From Amoebidium appalachense (lineage: Eukaryota; Protista; Ichthyosporea): a DNA stretch of 64,000 nt. The translations under genes and the position numbers were made by a program. The notes beneath the pieces are model-generated. The model had not been told where the DNA came from and ran no database searches. It saw only the letters and a program-made list of their open reading frames with translations. Below, in pieces: positions 51,130-64,000 of the stretch; positions within the stretch are counted from its first letter, which is position 1, and each line of letters opens with the position of its first letter. The stretch spans positions 14,680,418-14,744,417 of the forward strand of contig CAVNZM010000001.1 of the NCBI GenBank assembly GCA_963693365.1, written 5' to 3'.

Positions 51130-52629
51130 TGTGTGTGTGTGTGACTGTGTGTGTGCACGTGTGTGTGTAGTAAAACCTGGTGCAGCTCAAGCCCCTCCCC
51201 CCCCCCCCCCCCCCCCCCCCCCCGGGAAAAAAAAAATAATTAAAAAAGGAAAGAAAAGAAAAAACTGGTGGGGACCCATCTATCTGTCTTTTGCTCGAGC
51301 TGGTCGGGCACCGGGGATGGTCACTGTTGACCGTTTACGCCGTATTACCCCCCCCCCAAGGCCCCCCTCCCCTCCCCCCTTCCCCCTCCCCCCCCCCCTT
51401 TGTGTATATATATACTCATATCATTTCGTGGAAGTTCCCGTGACTACACAGATTTGCGAATGATTTCTGCTCCTGTCAGTTTGCAAGTTGGCCTCTTGGA
51501 CGAGGCTGACTCGAACTTCGGTGTTCAGACACTTGCACATCCGTGTAAGTACGAGTTTTGGAAGGGTAGTTGCGTGATAGTAGTGTAACAGCGACGCGCT
51601 ATATTATTTAGGTAGATTTTATGAGTATTTTCTGAAGATATCGTGTGCTTTTTTTGGTAACTGAACACATTTTGAATGATTTTTACGGCTGTGAACTTCA
51701 ACTTGTAGGTCGTTGGTGTCTGGGACGATCCCCCCAGAAATCGATTTTTATTATTATTATTATTATTATTTTTTAAGGGTGTAGAGCCGATGATAACCCA
51801 GTGACGCGCCAGATCGGATTTCGCCATTTATTTTGTAGATGAGCCCCCCCCCCCCCCCCCCCCCCCTCCCCCCAAATTAGGCCCCATCCCTTCCCCCCTC
51901 CCCCTCCAACCCAAGCTCCCAGGCTCCCCTTCTGGAGGGGAGGGTCGCGGGGAGCTTATCCCCATCCAGGCCAGTGGGCATGGCATGCAGGCTTACTTAC
52001 ACATGCACTCATTAAAGCACTCACTTACACTCACACCCACGTGCACCCACCAAACACACAAGCACCAACCCACACACGCAACCACTAATCCACACACGCA
52101 TACAAATGCCACACACACGTCGCACATGACACACACACGCACACACATACACACACTAGAACACAAGCACGCAAACACACACACAAAAAAAAACACCACA
52201 CACAACACACACACACACACACACACATACACGTAAACACATACACACACGTCACACACGTACACAAAGTATGTGTCTCACGGACAGCGTCACACATATG
52301 CAGTCAAAGTGTTTTCGCAGCTGTAGATACCCACACACACAGACTGACTGACGCACGCAGGCACACACACGCACGCACACACGCACGCGTAAACCACAGA
52401 CACACACACACTCACACTCACGCCCACAGTGTCAACAATACACACAGACACATGTGTACATATATACATACGCGCAGGCACACACACACACACACACACA
52501 CACACGACACACACGCGCGTACACGCCGCGCCCGCACGGACACATCCAATATCATATATTACACCATCTGCAATCTTGTGAACAGCACAATTATTCTTCT
52601 GCAAAAAGAAGAATTATTCTGCTAAAGAA

Positions 52630-54134
52630 TCATTCAGCAAAAGCAGAATCATTGAAGTGGCAGTCCAAAGTCACACACACACTTTTGCGGGGTTTATTTG
52701 TATTTGTGCCCAGGGGAGAAGGGGAGAGAGAGGGAAGGAAAGAGGGGAGAGGTGAGGAGGGGACAGGTCGGATAGAGAAGAGAGGGTGGGAGGGCAAATA
52801 CTTCTTTAAGCGGCTTATGTGCTTATTGAATTTCAGCGCGAGATAGGATACTCTAGCAGCTATTGGGACCAGACCATATATCGAGAGCGTAACAGGCCCA
52901 GGTTTACAACAGTTGTTAGATAGAAAGGAGGCAACTTCTGCTTCAAGGAAATTTGCCAAGGGTTTAAGCGCTCTAGTTCTCTCTTTCTTGGTCCAAGCGG
53001 CGAGAAGGGGTAAACCATATTCACATGCCGGGAAGACAAAAGTGCGAATAAATGTAAGTCTAATAGAAGGATGGAGGGGTGTGTCTTTAAAAATATTAGC
53101 CGAGAAGAAAGCTAACCGCTTACGAGCCAACTCTACCCTCTTTTCGACCATATGGGAAAACATAACGCCAGCAGAATTAACCGGAACACCAAGATATTTG
53201 TATTCTGGAACTATAGGTACAGGTTTAGATGATAATGTAAATGTGTGTAAATTGTTAGCTATATCAGGTACAAGAACACCACATTTGTCTATGTTAAGGA
53301 CTCATAAAGTTTGCCTTGCACCACTCTGACACTACATCGAACAATCTTTGCAGGCGTCTAGGGGTACGGGCAAGGAGGGACAGATCATCAGCATAGAGAA
53401 GTGCAGGCGGAAAGTTATTAATAGGGTCATCGTTTTCGGCATAAATCTTGACAGCCAAATCATCTATAAATAGGTTAAACAAAAATGGGCTAAGCAATGA
53501 ACCCTGCAAGAGACCTCTAGTACGAGCAACCATATGAAAGATGCCCATTAACCACAGCTCTACCATAGGTTTGAGACAAGAGTGCTTCTAACAGAACACC
53601 AATGCAGTGTGGTACACCCCGTGCAGCAAGCTTTTCCCATAGGAGACCAGGGGAGACAGAATCGTAAGCAGTTTTCCAATCAATAAAGCCAACATATCGT
53701 GCACCAACTTGCATAGAATCGTGCAGTGCCATTATTTGAACATAACATGAATTGTTTTTACGAAAAGCGGATTGGCATGGGTGTATGTGAAGAATAGATT
53801 GAAACCTAGGGTGATGTGCAAATAACCTAAGTAAGCAAGCTTCAAAGAATCTACGAACAACCTGGGTTAGTGTGATGGGGCGAAAAGATGATATGGGGCC
53901 CTCAGAGTCCTTCTTAACTATGGGGATCACTAAGGTATCTAACCAAGATGACGGGACATGTCCACATTTAACACACCAATTGCAAGAAAAGAGAGAGCTT
54001 AACATAATAGTAAGATCGGGTTTAATAGCACGATCACTTTCCTTTTGTGGGTAGGAGGGAACAAGGATTTTAGGAAACCCAGCAGGGAGTCCATCAGGTC
54101 CACAAGACTTACTAGAGCTATAACTAGATATCAC
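52630..54134 (-). pseudogene. LINE ORF2 reverse transcriptase domain, frameshifted
   Basis: Non-LTR RT motifs are spread over ORFs 53517-54134, 53294-53566 and 52630-53163, including QG.LSP.LF and YADD. Confidence 0.9.
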
Positions 54135-54676
54135 AGACCATATGGTATCGGGACTGAAAAAGGGGAGGATCGATTCTATGGGGATAGATAGATGGGTCTA
54201 CAGGCCACACAGTAGGTTTCTGAGCGGGGGTCCTATCTTTAAACAGTTCCGAGAAATACTTATCAGAGTCTATGAGGGGGTCTCCAGTGGTATCACCAAT
54301 GATACGAGCAGGGCCGGGGGGCCAAATCGATTCATACTAGCAAGCCGGCGCAAGCTTTCCTTTTGAGACAGGGGTTCACCTAGTCTAGCGGGAGTGGTGT
54401 TTGGTAACAAGAGAGCATCGGGATATTCCTTCCTACCACCACCAGCATAATCATGCACCGAGATCTATTAAAACATCAACAATAAAGTTAGTGCATGTAT
54501 CTAGTACGAGATGTGAATCTGGTCTGGCTTGTGCAGATTCTAATAGACGCATATATATATAGGGTGTTTCGTTGCATAGCATACACATACATCAACTCTA
54601 CCCCACTGTGACTTAAGCTGGGATAGACGGAGGCGAAAGGTGGGAGGAGGAGGGGGGCACAGATCAAGGGAGATCT

Positions 54677-55133
54677 TGTTGGAGTGCAGACTTACGCTCA
54701 CTCCACAATATGTGTATGTTAGCTTTACAATTGGTTCCGTGTACACAGACACACGCTGACACTCGATCACCACATGCACATCTGCATAGTTGAGGAATGT
54801 TGCCAATTGTGTTTTGACTGCAAACGATTGGTTCACTGGTCCCAGAGATCTCTAAATGAAAGTAACCAATCCGATTAGCACCTGGCATCCGGATTACATT
54901 CCAGACTGCTGCCCCACGGGTATATAAGCCACGTCTCTGCCAGGTGCAGACATGGAGTTAAGTCATGGAGTTAAGTCATGGAGTTCAGACATGGAGTTCA
55001 GTCATGGAGTTAAGTCATGGAGTTAAGTCATGGAGTTCAGTCATGGAGTTAACACACTGAAAGCAGTAAAAAAACGGGTCAGCGCCCAAGCGCGCCACGA
55101 CGACCCTAGTCACAGCGGACTCTACTTCCAACA
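54677..55133 (+). repeat. 5' LTR of the TRIM (457 bp)
   Basis: TG...CA ends, TATATAAG at 54921, eight copies of the 13-bp unit CATGGAGTT(A/C)AG(T/A) starting at 54951. Confidence 0.93.
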
Positions 55134-55148
55134 GGGTTATGGGCCCAG
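55134..55148 (+). other. Primer-binding site complementary to the anticodon arm of initiator tRNA-Met (half-tRNA primer)
   Basis: GGGTTATGGGCCCAG abuts the 5' LTR and is the reverse complement of CTGGGCCCATAACCC in eukaryotic tRNA-iMet. This PBS type is used by Drosophila copia and yeast Ty5. Confidence 0.88.
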
Positions 55149-55438
55149 ACACGACACCGCGGCCTCTAACTTCACGTCCCCTACGACGCCTTGAACGGAG
55201 GAGCCCAGAAACCGACTTCTAGGCTGTACCCTACACCCGCGAGCGTATTTCCGTGAAGTAGAGACTTTCGCTTCCACAAACTCCATCCGCAGCAGCCTGC
55301 GACATCAACGTCAAGTATTCCACTTCATTGGCGGGGCACGCACCACAGTGGAATGCACACCCCGGTCTACCCTGCAAGCAGCCACACTCACTCTCTCTTC
55401 TCTACAGTGGTGTGTACACTTCTCCAATTGGGTAGGGG

Positions 55439-55842
55439 TGTTGGAGTGCAGACTTACGCTCACTCCACAATATGTGTATGTTAGCTTTACAATTGGTTCC
55501 GTGTACACAGACACACGCTGACACTCGATCACCACATGCACATCTGCATAGTTGAGGAATGTTGCCAATTGTGTTTTGACTGCAAACGATTGGTTCACTG
55601 GTCCCAGAGATCTCTAAATGAAAGTAACCAATCCGATTAGCACCTGGCATCCGGATTACATTCCAGACTGCTGCCCCACGGGTATATAAGCCACGTCTCT
55701 GCCAGGTGCAGACATGGAGTTCAGTCATGGAGTTCAGTCATGGAGTTCAGTCATGGAGTTAACACACTGAAAGCAGTAAAAAACGGGTCAGCGCCCAAGC
55801 GCGCCACGACGACCCTAGTCACAGCGGACTCTACTTCCAACA
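55439..55842 (+). repeat. 3' LTR of the TRIM (404 bp)
   Basis: Matches the 5' LTR by eye except for four instead of eight 13-bp units and an A6 instead of A7 run. Confidence 0.93.
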
Positions 55843-55847
55843 GATCT

Positions 55848-56496
55848 TAGGTAGGAAAAGGATAGGAGAGTGGTCAGATGACCTAGAGAGGTTAGGAGGG
55901 AGAGAGAGTTTTGACATGGTTGATGGCCAAAAGGCCACTCCCCAGTCGGTGTTGTGGGCATGGGATATTTGAGGGAACCGCAAAGTGTGACTTTGAACAT
56001 ACCTTGCTAAAGGGATAGCACGCTCCGGGGGCTTAGATGGGTACCCGACACTCACTTGCAGTGTGTCTGTGTGGTGGAGTCGCGTGTTAAAATCACCTAA
56101 AATAACAGTGGACATTGGTAACTGTGACAACTCGCGAGTCAATTCGGCAACCGACATAGATGGTGGGTAATATACAAAAGTAAAGACATTAGAAAGAAAC
56201 TCTATAGAAACCGAGAATTCCGTTTTTGCTACCGGTTTGCACTTCACTCTCACGTGTGGCGCGGCAAGTACAATAATGCCTCGGTTTTTCGCGTAACCGG
56301 GGTGTGTGGATGTGTCGACCAATGTAGAGTTGAATTTGTGGTGGTTTTTAAACTGTGTTTCGCAAATCACTGTTAACGTGTGGTTGTTTGTCTGTTGTTG
56401 TATGTAGCTGATTTTATCGTCGAGTGTCCCGGGGGGGTGGCCCTTTTGGGGGCCCAGTGTCCGAGCATTCCAGAAGAAGAAGGATAAATTAGGCAT
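55848..56496 (-). pseudogene. LINE ORF2 apurinic/apyrimidinic-like endonuclease domain, cut off by the TRIM insertion
   Basis: EEP-fold motifs WN, ET, GDFN and SDH are in the correct order. The reading frame resumes (KI/SLDLCPPPP) on the other side of the TSD at 54676. Confidence 0.88.
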
Positions 56497-57857
56497 CGGT
56501 TTGGTCCGACGCCTGTGGAGTTGGTTCCCACTTGTCGCTTACGGGGTCGTATGCACGACCTTCCGCCAGCGCGAACAGTTCGCAGAAGAGCTCGATTTCC
56601 ATCTCGCATCGGCGTTTGCGCTCGAGTAGTTTCTCACCAGAAAACATTGGTTCCTTCGTGTCCGTGTCTATCACGCTCGTAGCATCGTTTTCCAACTTTG
56701 CGAGGAACTCTTTTCCACACGGATTTCACTGAAACTTCACCTGCACATCTCACATGTGTAATGGCTCCTTATAACTGAGTGTAGAACTATTATATGCATG
56801 GTCAAGTTCTGCTGCAGGGCAAATCATATTAGATCAGACATGGCCATTGCCATGCAGATGGTGTGAGCCTGCCATTCAATTTGCTACTTGCCTACGTATA
56901 CATCTGATGTCCACCAACCATCCCACATGCATGATCGATATCCGTCGGATGTGAGAGTACCTACCCGTTTCATGCATTGCGGGAAGCGCTATGTGAGCCT
57001 CTAAGGAAAAACGTAGCTGTTCAGCATGCGTTACCTCGCCTATTCCATTTGAATGTTTATGTACGTATACTGAACGGCGCAGATCTGGTTGCACAGATCC
57101 CCGGGTCCTTAGGGAGTGTTCGGAAACTGGGTCGGGTCGATCCTATCCCATATATGAATTCGCACTGTCGAGTGACAGCATGTCAACGTCAGGCTATAGT
57201 ATACTGTAGGTTGAAACTGCGTTTTGTATACTACACATAGAGATTCCAAGACAAAATCTGAATGTTAAGGGGCTAAGAGACCACCTAGTACAATAGGTCC
57301 ACATATCTTTTTTTTTTTTTTAGCCAACACTAGCTCCCTGGTTCGAATCAGCTCGAATCGCAAGTCGGATGCCTCTAACCCGATCCGAACCACAGAATCG
57401 ATTTGGCGCGCTTTTTTGAAATCGGGGACACACAGCCTCAGGGCCTTTATCGGCTTCAACCACAAGAGTTCGCCGTGTTTCAGAGCGTTTCTAAACTTCT
57501 GACTATACAACTAACTGTGAAGCCAAACATGAGCAAGGAGCTAGTGAGAGGGCTAAACAGTCTGTGATATCTTGCAAGTGTCGCTCATATTCTTAGAGCA
57601 TAAGGAAATTCAAGCACGCGCTTGAACACGTAAAACCCGTACTAGCAACACGATAACAGCTCCCGTTTCTCAGTTGCAGCACCTGCACCAGAAAGCTTGT
57701 TGCATGCACGCGTGCACGTGTGAGTCGACGACGTTAAAGCTGATAGGATCTACGCCGCTGGTTTGAAATATTAAGAAACGCTTTAGCGGAGTGTGTGTTT
57801 TCATATAAGCCAAACAGAAACAACAGAAAAACGTTTCGAGCGTGGGCGCGAGTCATC

Positions 57858-62585
<4,728 letters not shown>

Positions 62586-62635
62586 TTACAATATTCTTAA
62601 CTTTAGAGTTATAATCTCCCCTCCGTGGGGGTTTT

Positions 62636-62680
<45 letters not shown>

Positions 62681-62929
62681 GTATGAGAATGCCGCACATT
62701 TGGTCGAAATTTGAATGATCTGGCTTGCTGACAATAGTGTCCTATTTCAAGGTTGTATGTTTACAATATCTCAGTATTATGAATATCCCAAAATAGCAAA
62801 ATAGTGGCCGTGCTGGAAAACGCAGTAAGCCCAAGACTTCCCAAGAAAAATTAGACCGTCTATACCAACCAAAAATAGGCTGAGATGTCCGTGGGATGCG
62901 AAAGTTTGCGTTTTTTTTTTTTTTTTTTT

Positions 62930-62976
<47 letters not shown>

Positions 62977-63671
62977 GTTTTTGTTTTGTTGTTGTGTCTT
63001 AGCCTTTATCTAGGAGGTCTTGGTCTTAGCATTGATAGGGAGTGACGAGACACGTCCGGCCCACAATCTATAATTATGAATAACCTAGACCCAGCTATTG
63101 TGATCGAAGTTGCATTTAGCTCTTTTAGGGTTTAAGGGTGTAAGAGGCACGTGATTTGCTACAGATACCGTCCACCAAAAAAAATAAAAAAATAAATCGC
63201 TTTAGAATGAGTGTGCTGTGCATGTTTTATAATGTGTTAAATGGCATCCGAATATCCCCCCTCCCCCCCCCCCCCAACCACCACCACCACCACGACCCCC
63301 ACCGCCACACGCACACACACACATATAAACTCAGTGAATGCCACCGGGCCGGACCGGGAACCTCGCTGCATGCACGTGCACAAGCACATGCACCCCAGTA
63401 TTCTTCCACATTACTAACCTACAGTGGCCCTCGTGTTCTGTTGCTGTATTGGAATTCTGCAAGTGTGCAGTTCGGATATATACGGGACCCACAAAAACGG
63501 CCGCGGGATGCAAAATATATTGCAACTGATATGTGCATGCATGCACGTGTACGTGTGTATTTGTGTACATATATGATACGTGGTGGCACGAGGAGGATAG
63601 GTGGACAATTAACATTTGTCTCAGGAGGGTTAGAGCAGATATAATTGAAATAATTTTCTTTATTTATCGGC

Positions 63672-63715
<44 letters not shown>

Positions 63716-64000
63716 TATATCCGTGTAGATAAATTAGATTTAGATGGAGGAGAGAGGGGGGGGCTCTAGGGGCCGGGGGGGATATGCAGGACAGCATGAT
63801 GCAGTTTCCAGCACACCAGAAAGAATGGACAACAAAAAAATGGCACCTGCAGTTGCCCGCCAAGGAGGGGGGCACACAGCTTTATAAGAGGCCTGAATTT
63901 GGGCCAATTATCTTGCGACATCAGTTTCATATTAATGCGTGTGCACATTTTTCTTTAAATCGTATAAAAGTGTATTTGATCATAGGGGCGGGGCAGACCC

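Larger units (their letters stand above)
54677..55842 (+). mobile_element. Non-autonomous miniature LTR retrotransposon (TRIM), 1166 bp
   Basis: Two near-identical LTRs (54677-55133 and 55439-55842) with TGTTGGA...TCCAACA inverted termini. TSD GATCT at 54672-54676 and 55843-55847. PBS at 55134-55148. Purine-rich tract GGGTAGGGG just before the 3' LTR. Internal region of 305 bp with no recognisable coding domain. Confidence 0.95.
52600..57520 (-). mobile_element. Degenerate non-LTR retrotransposon (LINE) with AP endonuclease, reverse transcriptase and a decayed ORF1; boundaries approximate
   Basis: APE motifs in 55848-56496: FWNARTL, ICETQ, ILGDFN, SDHSPI. RT motifs in 52630-54134: GPDG, FRPITL, QSAFR, FIDWKTAYDSV, LQGSLLSPFLFNLFIDDL, LYADDL, YKYLGVP. 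There are several frameshifts and stops, and the TRIM interrupts the element. Confidence 0.9.

Noticed and set aside
54951-55054. 13-bp array, and the arrays at 36878, 40650 and 43940, as CRISPR-like repeats
   Set aside because: The units are head-to-tail with no unique spacers, there are no cas genes, and the context is eukaryotic.
54540-55728. Duplicated minus-strand ORFs MNQSFAVKTQL... and MPGANRIGYF...
   Set aside because: They are incidental frames within the two LTR copies and show no recognisable domain.

Overview
This is eukaryotic genomic DNA from an intron-rich, microsatellite-saturated genome, probably a unicellular eukaryote; the taxon cannot be fixed from the sequence. Nearly all of the supplied ORFs are artefacts of (CA)n, (GA)n and G/C runs. 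Three spliced genes were rebuilt by hand with phase-consistent GT-AG junctions: PUS7/TruD pseudouridine synthase (minus strand, about 22 exons, running off the left edge), a secreted S10 serine carboxypeptidase (plus strand, 13 exons, divergent from PUS7) and kinetochore SPC25 (plus strand, 7 exons). The accessory region between them (29-57.6 kb) holds four things. (i) A mosaic segmental duplication carrying conserved splice signals but no clear protein. (ii) An intronless gene for a predicted secreted protein of six unrecognised 6-Cys repeats, interrupted by one frameshift and one in-frame TGA at a conserved Trp position. (iii) A decayed APE+RT LINE. (iv) An intact 1166-bp miniature LTR element (TRIM) inserted in that LINE, with a 5-bp TSD and a copia/Ty5-type half-tRNA-iMet primer-binding site.
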